A stretch of DNA of 58,635 bases, filler included, from Jimgerdemannia flammicorona (GCA_003990765.1; 3 parts of 3 records of this genome joined end to end with filler, not necessarily neighbours in it), one strand, 5' to 3'; counted from the first letter of the whole stretch, positions 24,398 to 39,067 are shown. Notes: generated by a model not told the origin, from the sequence alone. Made by a program: numbers and translations.

Positions 24398-27300
24398 TTT
24401 TTTTTTTTTTATAGTCACTTGGACTCTGCCTTTATTACCAGTCTATGAATAAATATACATCATTCCTACCCACTATCCAATCCCCACAGAGGGGCCCCTC
24501 CCTACTTCCTCACAAATGAAAATCACCCTTTCACCAACTACCCCAACTCTCCCCCCACTTTGCCCACAGATTTTCTCCACCAAGTGGCGCCTCTGACCAC
24601 CCTGCATCCCCCAACCCAGCCACCAGCCTGTTAAGGTGTCTTCCATAAGCCTATGCCATCACAGCAGCTGGTCTCTCAAGCTCTGTCTCCTCCCATCCTC
24701 AAAAACAAATAGTCAATAACTGGCCAGCCCCACCCAAATAGCCAAAGCCCAACCCAAAGTAAGCCACTCCTTCTCTATCCCCCCTACCAATCTATCCCTC
24801 AAGTCCTCCCACCACCCCCATACTTCATCACCCCTACCCCATATCCCGAAGCGATTCCCAATTATCTGCCACAAATCCCCCAACACCTCACACTCTCCTA
24901 GCCAATGTTCTGGTGTCTGTATGTAACCCCCCTCCTGCCCTACATTATGGCACTCCTCACAGTTGAAGCAACCCCCTACAACAAGGTGCTCTGAGTGAAA
25001 GTTGAGCATAACATTCCTCTGCAGCATATGCCACCAGACCACCCAGTACTTTGGTGGCAGCCACATTCTCACTGCAGCACTCCAGGTCCAAACACTATGC
25101 CAGTTCTACTCTTCGCCAATTCCAACTCCTTGCCAACCGCTAGGCCACAGATCCTGGCCTGGTCCCCTTTGGCATTCCATTCCATCACCAATGTCGAACT
25201 CAACTAAAGGAGCGCCACCCAGCAGTATACAATCCCATCTCCACATTGCCAGGTCCCAATCCTCCTTGCCTTCATTCCCCTACCAACGAATACCAATGCA
25301 GTGCACTCCTTCTGCAATCCCCCACCAAAATCCTTTATATCGCAGTTGGGCAGTATTCTGAAGCCCAACCAAGGAGAGGAGATCACCAGTTGAGCCCCTT
25401 GGCGATGCCCGCCTCTCCCATATCTTCTGTAACAGAGAAACCCATCCACCTCCTCTCAACTCTACCACCCTCTTCAGCCACCATGCTCTCAAGCAGTGTA
25501 ACCATTTTGGGAAGTCAACCAGCCCAAGACCGCCTCTTACCACTGGTAGAGACAAGGTCTCCCAACTAATCTGACTATGCCTGCCAGCCCAAATCCATCT
25601 CTTCACCGACTTCATCAATCGCTTCACTACCCAGGCTGGGAAGTCCAGATGATATGCCAGGTACCACAACTTTGGCAGCCAGTAGACATTCAAAATCGAG
25701 ACCTGCCCTGCCAGAGAAAAATGTCTTCCCCCCCAACTCCGCAGAGCCTCCTCCCAGATTCCAATCCTCTGCTCCTACCAAAGCCTGGGCAGAACTGACC
25801 CATAGACTGACAAGTAGATACCTAAGTACTGCACTACTTCACCAGTGGGGATGATTGTTCCTATAACTTCCCCTCCCGCCAGGCCATTACCGAGCACCAT
25901 CATCACACTTATGCCAATTCAGCTTAGCTCCAGAGTACTCCTCATACCACTCCACAGACCTCTTGAGCTCCTCAACATCAGCAATCGAACCCAAACCCAC
26001 CACCATATCGTCAGCAAAGGCCCCAACCTTCCATCCTATGCCAAAGACAGAGAGCCCCACTATCCTCTGCCGAATTCAGTCCATAAGTGGTTCTAGAGAA
26101 AGAGCATACAAAATGGGGGACAATGGATCCCCCTGGGGCACCCCCCTACCCAAGGGGAATGCTACCCCTCTATGTCCATTATATGTGAGTACAGCCCTAC
26201 TCTCTTCCAGTATGCTGACCATTGTTGACTGGAATTGATACGGAACCCCATTCTATCCAAAACTTTCTCCAGCCAGACTCTTCACCCCTGGTCATATGCC
26301 TTCTCCTGGTCCAAGAAGACTAGATGCCCATCCAGTCCACAGGCCCTAACCCCTTCGATAATGCTATGCACCCAGGCAGTGCCATCCCTGATGAGCTGAC
26401 CACCCACAAATCCCCTCTGCTCAACACCCATGACTTGCTGGGCCACCTTCAGTAGTCTTGCCACCACCACCTTAGTTACCAACTTTCTGTCCATATCTAG
26501 CAACATTATTGGCTGCCAGTTCTTCCAATCCTCTTGCCTTCCTTTGTTTTTATAAAGCAGTGTCACCAGCCCAAGGTCCTGCTCCCCCACCCACCTCCCT
26601 GTTTGTAGAATAAGGTCACACATTGCTGTCATCTCTCCTATCATCCCTGGAACTCCAACCATTTGCTTCCAAAAGTCCCAGGGCAGACCATCCTCCCCAG
26701 GTGCCGTACCTGGCATTGTCATGGCAAGAACCTGGTGGATCTCATCCACCTGTACAGGCATCATCAGGTCCCCTAGCCCTTCGACTTATAGTGGGTGCCA
26801 ATCCTCCAATGTTTGTTCAATTGTAGTGGCATCCACCCCACCCTCCTCCTCACTCCACAATCCACTCCATCTCTCCTTCAGCGATCCAAGAATGTCCTGT
26901 ACACCATGCACCAGTACACCATCAGAGTCCAACCCCCTTCCCACCATTGGTGGACCTGCCTCATCCTAAGGGCCCTTGTAAGAAGCTTGGAAGGCCTCTC
27001 CCCTTCCTCCAGATCCTGCCAGCAAAGATGTGCTGCCAAGCTCTGTACCCTTGCCTCTTCCTCCTCCCACAGCACCTGTTAAAGTTCCCCAACCTCTATT
27101 TTCGCCCTCATTAATCTCCAATCTTCTTCTCCCTCCAACATCATCAGCCTTGCCCACTCCTCCAGAAGCCTCGTCAATCTGGCAGAGGCCCAATGCACTC
27201 TTTGTTTTTGCTGCTTCCCTGCCTCCTTACCAGCCTCCCTCCAGTAAATCCTGGCCATTTCCTTCATCCTCATCCACCGAGTCCCAACTGAGGCCCCTTC

Positions 27301-30220
27301 CTGCCTCCAGTTCTCCACCCTCAGTTGAATGTCTTTAGCCCACTCATCCCACTGGGTCTTGTCATCTAACAAAGAGGAATTGAGGCACCAATGTCCAGGC
27401 CCATCCCCACTTCCCCCAAAGCACCCCTGTCCCAACAGCCCCCAGTGATCCGACCATGGACACCATTCCACCTCCAATGACTTCCAGACATCTAGTCCCC
27501 AGCAGCAGGCCATTAAAATCCAGTCAATTCTAGTCCCCAGACCCCCTGCCCAATGTGTATAGACCCTCCTATTCCCCCAGCACTCCCTTCCAGCATCTAA
27601 TAGTGCACTTAGTCTTTCTACTTCCTCCCATACCACCAGTCCTCCACTCCTGCTCTCAGTACCTTGTCCTCCATCTGTTCTATCCAGCAGTATATCCCTA
27701 ACCATATTGAAATCTCTCCCAAGCACATCCACCCCAGCCTCTGCAAGTAATCCACTCTCTTGTAAGCCTTTCACCCAATCTACTCTCTCACCCTGTACCA
27801 CAGAGCAGTAGCAGGAGCCAACTGTAACTGGCCCCCAGCCTGCCCGAATCCACTCTCCCCAGACCAGTCTCTCCCCCCAGCACCGCACATTCTGTATCTC
27901 CCCTCTGCCTTTCCTAACCAAAATCCCAACCTTGCCCTTCCAAATCGCCACACCTCCCCATTCTTTCGTCCATTCTAACCTATCAGAGTCATCTTCACAC
28001 TGGACATCCTGCAAGAGGAAGAGATTGGCCTCCAATCCCTTCATCTAAGTAAAAATATTCCTACATCAAGAAGTACTCTGTAACCCATTCACATTCAAAG
28101 AGAAAATATTGGTTGTACTGTTCATATTGATGATATATATGATGTCATCAATCAGTCTCTACTGCTCTATGCTCATCTCCTCCTGTACCTTGTCCAGATT
28201 ATGTTCTGCAGCCACCTCCTCCTCTTCTGCCCTCAGAGCCTCCAATCCAGTCAGCAGTTCATTCATCTCTCTATTGGCCTTCTCCTCGAACTCCTCTCAG
28301 TATTCGATACATGCCTCCTGCTAGAGCTGTAGTCCATGACACTTGTTCCAGCAGTATTCAGCCCTTTCTCCAGCAATGACTACCATCTCTGCCTCCCTCT
28401 CCTTATCCACCTCATACCCTTTCTCCTCCAGGTACACCATAAGAATTTCCACCTTCAATGCCTTCATTATGCCATCCTCCTGCAGTATCCCTGCCCAATG
28501 TTCATCACTCATCACTTGTAAGTCCACTTCCCCCAACTCTTCCACTGCCAGGTTATTCATCATCCGGCACATCTAAAGCAAATTCCCCACCTCTTTCCCC
28601 CCTGGAGTCACTGGCCTCCCTCCATCCAACATTGTGGTGTCAGCTCCAGCACTTGCAGACTCATCCCATACTTCTGGGACATCCACCAGTTCCTCCTTGC
28701 CAGCCACCACCACCTGTCCCCCATATGCCACCTCTGGAACTCCGAATTGCACCCTCTGGGCCCCTCACATTGGCACATCTTCTACTGCCCTGTTCTGGAA
28801 AGCCAGGCCACACCTGATGAGAGGAGTAGGGGTAGGGGAGCCTGCCCAGTCCTCCTCCCACACCTCCAGTGTACCATCTACATATGGGTCCTTCCCAGCC
28901 TTCTCCTTGGCCTCCCCTGCCTCCTTCTTGTCCTTCCCCTCCCCCTCACTGGCCCAGACACTCGCTTCGGCTCCCCCTGTGCCCTTCACCTTGCTCGCCT
29001 CCCCCAGTGGTCTGCTATCCAGCTTGGCCAGCAACTCCTTCTGTCTCTTATGCCCCTGAGCCCTTTCCCACTGCTCCTTGGTCACTCAAATCTGCTTTCC
29101 ATCCACCACCTCCAAGTGTGTTGCCTCCACAAAAGCCTCCCAAGTCTTCGCTCGCCTCTCTACAGCACCACCCAGCTCTTCTAGTGCTTCCAATAAATCC
29201 TCCTCCTCCTCCTCACTTCCCTTCACCCTTGTCACCTTACACAGGATCGCTCCCCGGACCATCACCAAAGGCCAATCCCTTGCCTTCCCAGTGGCTTCTT
29301 TCCCAGCCAGCCGAATCCTCACATCCATGTCACTAGTCCTGAGCGAGGTCCCTTCTCAGACCCTAAACCCGATATCCACCACCTCTCTATATTCTGCCAT
29401 AAAATCCTCAACTCTCTTCCTTATCTCCATCACCATCACCATCGGCACTCCTTTCACCAGCAGTTGGACCACTCTGGGGTCCCACTTCAGGCACCATACT
29501 ATTAGAACACACACCTCCCCAACCACCAATCCAACCTTCAGTGCCTCCTCCAGTAGTGCCACCTCCTCAAAACCCACCTCCACTCCTTCCAGTCCCTTCA
29601 AAAACTTCACAGATGCCGCTCCTGCCACCTGCTTAGCGATGAGCCCCAGCACCATTTTCACCATCACCACCAGGCCCCAGAAGCACAGTGTGACTGCGAA
29701 TGCTGAAATCGATTTTTTGAGTAACGGGGCCACCACCAGACCCATTACACCATCCACTAAGTCCCCTTATCTTCTAAGCCTCAGCTGCTCAGCCTCGCCA
29801 TCAGCCGTCACACCCCACCCAGCCACTACTCCCCCAGCTCTACTGCACCCCCTTCTAAGGGCTGCTCCCCCCTGCACTGTCACCTTCTCGGTCTCCTTGC
29901 CCTTCCTCAGCCAGCCCTCCAGCCCTGATGCCTGCTGTCTCTCCTTCACCATCTCTGCGAAGCTTGCTCTCCCAGATCCTGATCCTCTGCCACCTCCTCC
30001 ACCCCTTCCACATCCACCCGCCAGCAGGCCCCTTATACCTCCCCCCAGGCCTGGACCCCTCCCCACCTACTGCCAGTCGAAAGTGCTTGGGCTACCCTGC
30101 CCAGTACACACCTCAGGTTGCCTGTCGGTTGCCATATTGTTAGTCTCTTTTCACCAAAATGATGTTGAAAGTGCCTTCCAAAGATTGTGTAACCTAAATA
30201 GTACTGGAAAGAGATGAATG
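24398..30220 (-). mobile_element. Full-length (~5.8 kb) L1/Tx1-like LINE: ORF1, ORF2 with APE + RT + CCHC finger, poly-A; disrupted by stops
   Basis: MNSTTNIFSLNVNGL (APE start), FLLQDV, DFNMV, TRIDWIL, WSDH, APGEDGLP, LVFLDQEKAYD, PQGDPLSP, GAFADDMV, CEECH..EHWLGEC; poly-T at 24398-24410; TSD ataattgggtac(t/c)tcttt at 24383-24400 and 30221-30238. Confidence 0.95.
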
Positions 30221-31140
30221 ATAATTGGGTACCTCTTTAAAATCAGCAAAATTAGAGTCATTTTATGACAAACTTACAAGTAATCTTTAGTAGTAATATC
30301 ATCTATATAAGCAGAGTATCAAAGTATTGTCTATGATAATAAAGAAAGCTATATAGCTTTAAGAACTGCTAAAGAAGTTACAATTCTCTCAAGAATAGCA
30401 CTCTATACTATTCCAATAAGATAATTAGTCCATAATTCTATAATAAAGTACTTTATGGTATATTGTACTAGAATGAAGCATATTGATATATAGGTGTATT
30501 TTATATAGAAATATATAAAAAATGGTACTATATATCTAGAATATACTTCAATAGAGTACATGATAGCAGATTCATTAACCAAAGTCCTTCTAAAGGCTAC
30601 ATTTGATTTATGTATAAAAGAAATGAGACTTATGAGTAATTCTATAATAGTTAATAGGAACTATACACTAGTGAGCAGCAAGTAATAGTAATAATGATAA
30701 TATGGATATAATAGAAAGTTTTTTGGAATACTAAAAGTCTCTTACTATATCTTATATATATCTATCTATATTGTTAGTTTTATCTAGTTACAGGTGATTT
30801 TCTTTAATAATATTACTCTGGATCTCTATCTTTCACTACTTAGTTTATCTATTTTTATGTTTATAAGTAGAGAATTTTAATCTTTTTTAGTTATCTAGAT
30901 ACTATCTAGTTGGTCATATTTAGTTAATCTTTTATTTATATATTCTGCATATTCTGGGACATATCTCATAGTAGAAGTATTGAAATATTGAAATATCTTA
31001 GTTATAGCAACTCAATATATAGTAGTATAGCCTAACTATATCATTACTATAAACATCTGAAATATGTGTAAAAGTATATAAGCTAGTATCAATAAAAAAT
31101 ACCCTCTCCTTCTCTCTACTCTTTCCAAGTATTTCATAAT
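30221..31140 (+). mobile_element. Ty1/Copia relic, RNase H part and probable 3' LTR remnant
   Basis: IIGYLFKI resumes exactly after the TSD; RMKHIDI, GTIYLEY, MIADSLTKVL are Copia RNase H motifs. LTR limits are uncertain. Confidence 0.8.
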
Positions 31141-34100
31141 ATTTTTCTTACTCTATTACTTTACCTTCTGGGAGTAATTTATTTTTTTCAGGGACAAAAA
31201 GTGAGGGAGGCTGGGGAGGTGTTTCCACTTACTCTTTTTATATTCTTTATCTTTTTCTTAGATGATTCTTCTGCTTGTATTCCTATATGGTCTTTCTATA
31301 GATCTTTCCTTTTCTCTACTAGATATACTATCTATCTAGTGATAATCTTGACTAAATATAAGTTGGGTACTATAGTCTTTACTATTGCTTTCTTCTTCAA
31401 AGTCTTCAACAGGGTGAGCTTCAGGCTTCTTGTACTGGGTTTGATTCTTTCAATTCAGTATTTCTGAGTCTCTTTAGTTACTTTCTTTATTGTTATATTC
31501 AGTAGTATAGTGTCTGAACCATCTATAGTGGAAGTATTGGACTTGAGCTCTGTCTCAGACAGGATATCTTCTTTCTTCCTACTGATAGCTCCTATTATCT
31601 CTAAGTAGATAATCTTAATTTCTTTATAGTGTATACTCTCTATAATCTTGTAGATAGCTCTGATTTTCATATGTGGTGAGTTTTTCAATCTGCCTGATTA
31701 ATCAGTCTAACTTAGAACTAAGATCTTAGATTTCATTTCTATCTTTCTTCTATTCTTTGGCTGGCTTTCTTTCTTCAGATCTTTCTTATCCTTAGAGGTA
31801 TCTTTGTAGGGCTTTGACTAAGAGATCCTCCTTATTATCCTTCTTATTATAGTCAATCCAAGTAGTTTCTTACCTGATATTAAAAAATTATTAAGCTGTA
31901 TCTACTTGCTCTTCAGGCCTTCTGATACCTAGGGTATAGATATACTGAGCAATATTTGATAGAATTTCATTCATAAAGATTATTAGACTTATAATATCTT
32001 AGTTGGTGGTATTGAACCCATCTGTATATATTCTCTTTAGAATTCTTATAAAGAATACTCTGGGTAATTCTCAAAGATTCATCTTCATTCTTATAATAGC
32101 TTTTTGGGTCTTTTAGTGAATCACATTTCCTGCATACTTTTCAATAAACCAATGAGTCATAGCTTCATATTCTGCTTACCAGATTGGTACTATATGAATG
32201 GCTGCTCTAAGGCCTGAATATATACTATTTCTTACTCAGCTGAAAATCCCTCTGTCTGACTCACTGATTTGGATCTTATAAATAGTAATTTTTCTTTCAG
32301 CAGAGAGGTTCTTCAGAGCAGTAATTTCTTTAATTACATTAAGAAATTCGCTTGGGTCTTTCTCTGCATAATCTGCAAAGGTTGATATTAGAGTGCTCTT
32401 TTCTCTGCTACCTTACTGGTCACAAGGTTTGGTAGGCAATCTTCTGAGTCCCTTTTCCCCTATTATTACCCCCTCTATCTCAGATTGGTTTGCTGTACCT
32501 GTAGGGGCATAGTGGGAGGAGGGCAATAGTGATGAGTTGCCCTTTTATCAATGTCAGATTGGTGTCTTCTCTAATTTTTCATAGATTCTGATATCTTTGG
32601 TTGCATCTGGAATATACTTATTTTGGGCAGTATCTTCTTCCTTTTGCCATTACCAATAAGGTGTTGTCTTGGAGCATTATGGGTTATGTAGGGAGTTGTC
32701 TGACCTTGGGTATCAAGTACTCAGCATAGGCTACCTGCAGGTCCTCAGTGCCTACAGTGGGGCCCTCTGTCTTTGGCAAGCTTCCCAGCAGTGTAGTTCT
32801 AATATAGGTGACTGTTTTTCAGGTATTGTTGGGATGGGAGGGGAGATGGCTGTCACAGATAAGAGGAAGGGAAATAATGGTGAACCAGTAGAGTACCAGG
32901 CTGGGGGCAGTTGTCAGGGCTGGGGTGAGTACTACTTCAGTGGGGCCTTTTGATTGGTACAGAGTGATTAGGTAGTAGGTGTCACTTATGGCTTCTTTTG
33001 GTGATATGTGTGGTTGGGCCCCAGTCATTGGAGTGGTTTGGGGGGCCCAAGGCTATCTATTACAAGCTTCTTGGCTATACTCAATAAAACCAGGAGCTGA
33101 TATGGAAATGTGATCAAGGCCCACAGGTTTGAGTAGTTGGGTATTGGGGGTCCCTTCTGCCTCACATATAAGTTCTTTACTCATCTCATCTGAGAGAACC
33201 AGACCCTATCTACTGTGATATACTTTGATGAGGGTTTTTCTTTATCTGTCATTCCCTTGAGGTGGTAGGGGCTATTCTATTTGGCTTGGGTATGACCTTG
33301 TATATATGTTGGGGTCTCAGATATGCATTTTTGATCATTGGTATATGGCTGAGTTTCCCCTCATGGTAGAGAGAGCATGGTGTACAGAATGAGGTGTAGG
33401 CCACTATAGGCCCTACTGTACCTGACATGGTCAAGCTGCTGGACAATAGCTAGTCTAGGTTAATGGGGGGGCAGTACTTGATGGGTGGTGGAGGAGGGTT
33501 TTGGCTTATATAGTCAAGGTTCTCTTCTAATAAAAATCTGCAGGACTCTGAGTCTATAAAATAAAATAAAAAAAAAAGTTAGTATTAGGGTGACCATTTC
33601 ATCATCACTGTCTTCTGGTTCTGATTCTGGTTTACTTTCTGAGTTCTTACTGGAGTTTGAGATACTAGAGTATCCTGAAGATAGTATTATCAATCTTGGA
33701 CAAGATACAATGGATCAGAATATCCTTGAGAGAGTTACTTCTAATTCTTCTGATTCTGTGACTGCTGGTAGTAGGGGTTCAATAGGTGAAATTGATAGAA
33801 CTTCTTCAGAAAATTGGGCTTGTATAATGAGGTCTTTAAGTTCTTGTGCAAGCTCATCCAATTCTCTGGCAGAGCTGTCTGTATTGTCTGATTGATCTGG
33901 TGGCAAGTCTGCTAGTACTGGTAGAGGATTCTGTATTATACTGGCTTCTGATTAAGATCCTTCTAATACAGAGTAGTTGGTAAGTCTTGAGGGGATAACT
34001 TCTCTTCCTATCTATATACTGGTGATGAATGGTTCTCTTATGGTAGCAGAGATTGGTATTGTATTAAATATATATATTCAGTTTAACTATGGATTCTTAT

Positions 34101-35101
34101 GAGCTGAAAAGTTATATTAATTTTCAAATGTAATATGCTAACTCAATAGAGCCAAATTATAAGGATGGTAGTTGATGTAGTTTGGCTTGAGCTTTTAGTT
34201 ACTTTATTAAAAGTAACAAAATCTTCTAAGATTCCTTATTGGTATTTAGTGATATAATAGTCAATTCTGGATACAGTAGTTATAATTTATATATCAATTT
34301 CCTTATTGGAATAGTTCTTAGGTATATTAGTGTTTTGGATAATATAGATAATTTCTGTATAGTATAGTGATTGCTAAAAGTATATGATTTCTGATATAAT
34401 GATCTTAAGTAGTATAATGATCTCTAAAACTATTTGATTTCTGATATGATAATCTTGTGTAGCATGACAATCTCCAAAAGTATATATTTTTTGATATAAT
34501 ATAGTAGATTGGCAGTATTCTATATTAGGTGAATTTAGCAGATAATTTAGTTTTTTGCAGATTCTTCCTAAATCAGCAGGCTTCTGATATTGTCTGGCAA
34601 GTATATCAAAATATTACAGATTCCTCAAAGTTATATTATAGACTGGCTTCAGCAAAGTTGTATCTAATAGACTGGCTTTATGTTGAGAATACAGATGGAC
34701 TTCTTGAAAATGGCAGCTCTTCCTTAAATAGCAGATTACTCAAATGGTGACAAAGTTCTTTACTCAAACTTAGGTAGCAAATACTCTTAAATTCAGACTT
34801 GGTCTTTATATTTAAAAGTGGATTTATGTGGAAAATAGCTCACAACTTCTTGGCACTAACTTATTGATAGGTTTCTCCTCCTAAGTATACCAGACAATTG
34901 GCTTTTGCTTTTGATTTACAGACTGAGGTTTATTCATTTTGTCTCTGGGGTATTTTATTCAAGTTAGTTGCTATCTGGTTGCTATGTGGCTAACTATAGA
35001 TGACTATTTATAGAGAGGAGTGATCTTCACAGTCTCAGATAGACCTTCAATGTCTCAAGGGAACCTTCAATGGCTTGAGGAGACCTTCATGTCCTGTAAC
35101 A
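31141..35101 (-). mobile_element. Degenerate LTR-retrotransposon-like 5' region (gag-like frames; possible LTR about 34129-35101)
   Basis: CpG-free, stop-riddled minus-strand coding-like sequence; TGTAATA...TGTAACA termini; CpG returns sharply after 35101. Internal structure is not resolved. Confidence 0.5.
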
Positions 35102-35239
35102 TTTCCTTCTTTAGCTATCTGGGTTATTTATACAAGTTGGTGCAGTAGGGCAATTCTGGTTGCCTAGTATTCTTGATATAGTATATGCAATTATAGTGAC
35201 TAATTCGGATGGTAACTTGTAAGTTTTCTGCTGGCTCAT

Positions 35240-36600
35240 CACAGTAGAGATGTGTAACTTGAAAGAGAACGAAATAGGAAATATATGCCCAATAATGTGA
35301 ATTTGAAAAAAAAAATGGTTTTGCTCCCATTCATAATCCAAATTTCAAGGCACCTCCCCTGCTTTATATTTCCTGCTCTGATTCCTGTATCAGACGCGAG
35401 CAGCCCTCCCAGTTTAAAGTTTTGGTGGAGGACTTTAAATCGCTGGGCTCGGTATTCGAATATTACGTTCAAGATAGGTAGCGAAGGAACACTATATGGT
35501 TAAATTCGATGACAGCAAATACATGCCATACCGTTCGAGGCGTCACTGACACGAGGCACCTCCAAATTGTCCTTCCAGCCACCTTTTCTGTAAGAGAAGG
35601 CAGATGCAAAAGTGGCACATAACTGGCATTATCACTGTGCTGCTGCCGCTCTCCGCCAAGTCCAAGTACGATCTGCAATATTTTACAATAGAGACCCGCA
35701 ATACAATACGTGTGATGCATCTTATTGCCAATCATATCTTTATTATCTGCCAGTGGAATGCCACAAAACTGGCAAAGGCTGGAAAGATGGGCACCGGAGG
35801 ATCAAGTCACCAAGATCGGAGATGAACGGACAAAGGAGGATCAAGGGGGAAAAGTCGACAAGGAACGACATTAAACCAGGTGAGAATTAGTGGGGATCAT
35901 TAATTAATTTGTGCTAAGATTTGTATGATCAAATAAAAATAGTGTAATCATAAGTTCATGAACTGCCCAGACATATTCAGTTGCTATTGTACGAACGCAG
36001 AGGTGGCACCAATTCCAGGAACTTGGGCCACCATCCCCCTTCCGGTACTCCGAAGCCAGATGTCTGAGGAAACCAGTATATTTTTGCAGAACAAGCCGTT
36101 CGAGGTGTGGTACGTTGCTGACCAAAGCACGCAGCAACCGGCCGTCTAGCAGGTTGTTGGCGACCCCGACCAAGCTCTAGCTCTATGCTGTCTATGTTAT
36201 ATCACTTGGGATCCCGACCAATCTCCACCTCCATTGTCATAAGGGTATATTCTGTCGATGTTACATCTCAGGATCCCGACAAAACTCTAGCATGAGGGGT
36301 CGCATATTTTGTCGATATTACATCCCTTAGGATCCCGTCCAAACCCCTCCATTGTCATAAAAAGTCGTATATTCTGTCGATGTTACATATATTAGATTCC
36401 GACCAAGCTCCAGTTCCATTGCTGTAAGGGGGTTTATATTCTGTCGTTATTACGTCTCTTTGGATTACTACCAGTGTCATCGATGTTATATCTTTCGGAC
36501 TCCCGACAAAACTCCTCCTCCATTGCCATAAAGAGTCGTATATTCCGTCGATGTTACGTCTCTTGATCCCGATCAACTCCAGCTTCATTCTCGTAAGGGG
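35240..36600 (-). pseudogene. Possible degenerate LRR-type gene
   Basis: LLRALVSNVPHLERLVL and repeated KLELIGI..NID units in broken minus-strand frames. Confidence 0.3.
36165..36590. repeat. Minisatellite of about 7 imperfect ~60-bp units
   Basis: Recurrent core atattctgtcgatgttaca...gatcccgac..a.ctcc..ccattgtcataa. Confidence 0.85.
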
Positions 36601-39067
36601 TAGCTGTCCTGCGCACATGAGCCGAGCGAGGGCTTTCTTGCGGCATCCAAATAATACATGGATCAGGCGGCTGTCAAATGTTCATTTCTTGGTCAGAATA
36701 TAAGTTTGGCCGTCTCCCAGAATGAATCTACAATATGTGGGTAGTTCTAAAGTGTGGATGCAAAAAATAACACACCAGAGCGAGGTTCGGTATTCAGATT
36801 CCACCACGAGACCGCAAACGGTCACGAAATTTAGTGAGAATGATATACGAAATGCCCATTTGAATTGCGAACCCCCGGGAAGCGTCCCACATTTCTGAAA
36901 CTATCATTCCAGAGTCTCAGAGTCATACATGGAGGGAATTGCAAACGACAACCCTCATAGTCTGGGACCCAATAGAGTCTTTGACCACCTGCAATTGACT
37001 TGTCACCTTGCTGGCTCTGAGATTGGATGCCGATCGGCCGCATAATATATTTGGTTCCTTCATGGGATCTCTGTGGGAAATAGATAGCTCGAAATTGTAA
37101 ATGCTGAGAGGAAGACGTAACGGGGCAGAATCCAGAGATTCATATTCCGTCACAAGATTTGAAATCAGACGTATCGGAGATGGCAACTGCGCATATGATT
37201 TCGGCTACAGGACCTCGAATGTAACGAAATAGGGAAATGGAATAGTGAGAACGATATACAAAATGCCCATTTAATTTGCAGAACCCGACAATCCGCTCCA
37301 CACATACTCTTTTCGCGAAATTAATGGCATTGAAAAAGTCAGTCGGTGATCGATCTGGTTCCTTCCGCTCGATAATTAATGCAGAAGATGGCGTACCGGG
37401 GCGGGATTAGGAGCTTCGGATCCCGTCGCGAGATTTGAAACGTGACGGTGATTGCTTACAAGATATCAGCCAAAGGGTGAAACCCAACACCGAAGAGTAG
37501 AGAAGGGATGGTGAGAAAACGCGAAATGCTATGCATGTATATGATAAAAATGGTTATAATATCGTCCCGATTCCTCCACATCGCAATCCCTCTCACATAG
37601 GAACTGCTCGCGCGTCCTTCTATGGTTGTCCGACTCGCCACAACCTCCTCTTCCACTATGTCCTCTTCTTCATCTCCTTGACCCTCCTCCGCACCCTCCA
37701 CCTCCTCCGTCGCTTTTATTCTTGTAATCGGAGTCTGGTAGGATCTATAAGCTCAGTAGATATGGCCGATAACGATCGATAGATGTCCGCTGTGGGTTGC
37801 GGCTTGGGGATAGATGTCGAAATCGACGCACCAACTCGACGAGGATGATACAACAATAGGATTAAGTGGGTGGTCGTGGAGAAAATGGTTGGTATGGTCC
37901 CAGTAAGTCGCCAGTAGTCGTAGTCGTGGTTGGGAGATTGCATTCCAAGTGGAGAGACGTCGGCAGGGGACATCACGATTGGTGGGGGCGGATAAGACAC
38001 TAGCCCAAGCATTGTAGTTGCTCGTGCGATTGGCGGTCATGGGAGTTTGGGACAGTCATCCAAGATATTGGAGAAGATGACCATGTTCGCCCATAGAGGG
38101 GACGAGGTCTGTAAAGAGCGCTCGAGCACCCTGGTCTTGCCGAGCGAGCAGGGTAAGCCGTCGTGAGGAATGGCAAGATAATCGAAGAAATCGGAGTAGA
38201 TCCCTTCGCCTGTCCTTGTCATCCTCACCATTTCCGTCGGTCCACTCATCACCGTCATCTATTCACTCCCTCCGTAGAAGAGGCTGACCATAGGCGTGGA
38301 CCCTGAAGTTGCTGCCGCTCAGAGTGGGGTTGACCTGCAACTTACGGACGTTAACGGGTTGAGCAGGGATATCCTGTGGTTGAGTGAATTGAATAAAAAA
38401 CAAGGGAGATTTAGAAGATAAGGAATATCGAAAATATCCGTGGTCCCAACTACTTGAGTCTCAAAAATTACAACTTTCCCAAATGTTGTCTTGCCCGTTG
38501 CCTCTGCCGTCTCATTCGGATTACCAGCAATATTGATGCCAGGAAACCGACCTTATCAACAGACCCAATCCCGCTACTTGTATGGCCTCTGTCTCTACGC
38601 TCAGCATTCAATGGCAGTTGAATGAGTTACCCACACGGAAAGATTCTCTGTGGTGGAAGACGGATAAACAAAAGGAATATTGAACTCTTGCCAGGCCTCA
38701 CAAACATACATCTTACAGGGTTATGTGAGTGCGCAAATAAACGTACACATTGAGGTAACCACGCTATGTTGACAGATTTCATCTTAACTGCGATGGCCAC
38801 ACGAACGCTGTGTGTGAGAGTGGCTTGGCACACGTGTAATCGAATTGTGACAGAGTGTTTGAGGCACAAGTGGTAGCGCGTCATGGACGCGCCAAAGGGA
38901 TTATGAGTGCCATTATCGTATGAAACATTCATCAAAATATCGGCTGCAACTTTCAAGCCGTCCGCGAAATTCGTAACACTTGGAGTCACATATCATTGGT
39001 TGCAAACATAGTTTCGGCACAAAGCCGACTACGGCGATGTTGGCGAACGCCTGATTGCAAGAAAAAA

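Noticed and set aside
29078..30217. Long Ser/Thr/Pro-rich ORFs antisense to LINE ORF1 (also 49063-49662 and 49738-50787)
   Set aside because: Shadow frames of the G-rich ORF1. Codon bias explains the lack of stops and there is no independent evidence of coding.
34041..34051. TGGTAGCAGAG resembling an iMet primer-binding site
   Set aside because: Not preceded by an LTR end (CA), and opposite to the apparent orientation of the surrounding element.
36165..36590. Regularly spaced repeats as a CRISPR-like array
   Set aside because: Units are similar along their whole length with no unique spacers, the context is eukaryotic, and no cas genes are present.
37456..39000. Broken minus-strand ORFs suggesting a decayed gene
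   Set aside because: Multiple stops and frameshifts, and no recognisable motif.
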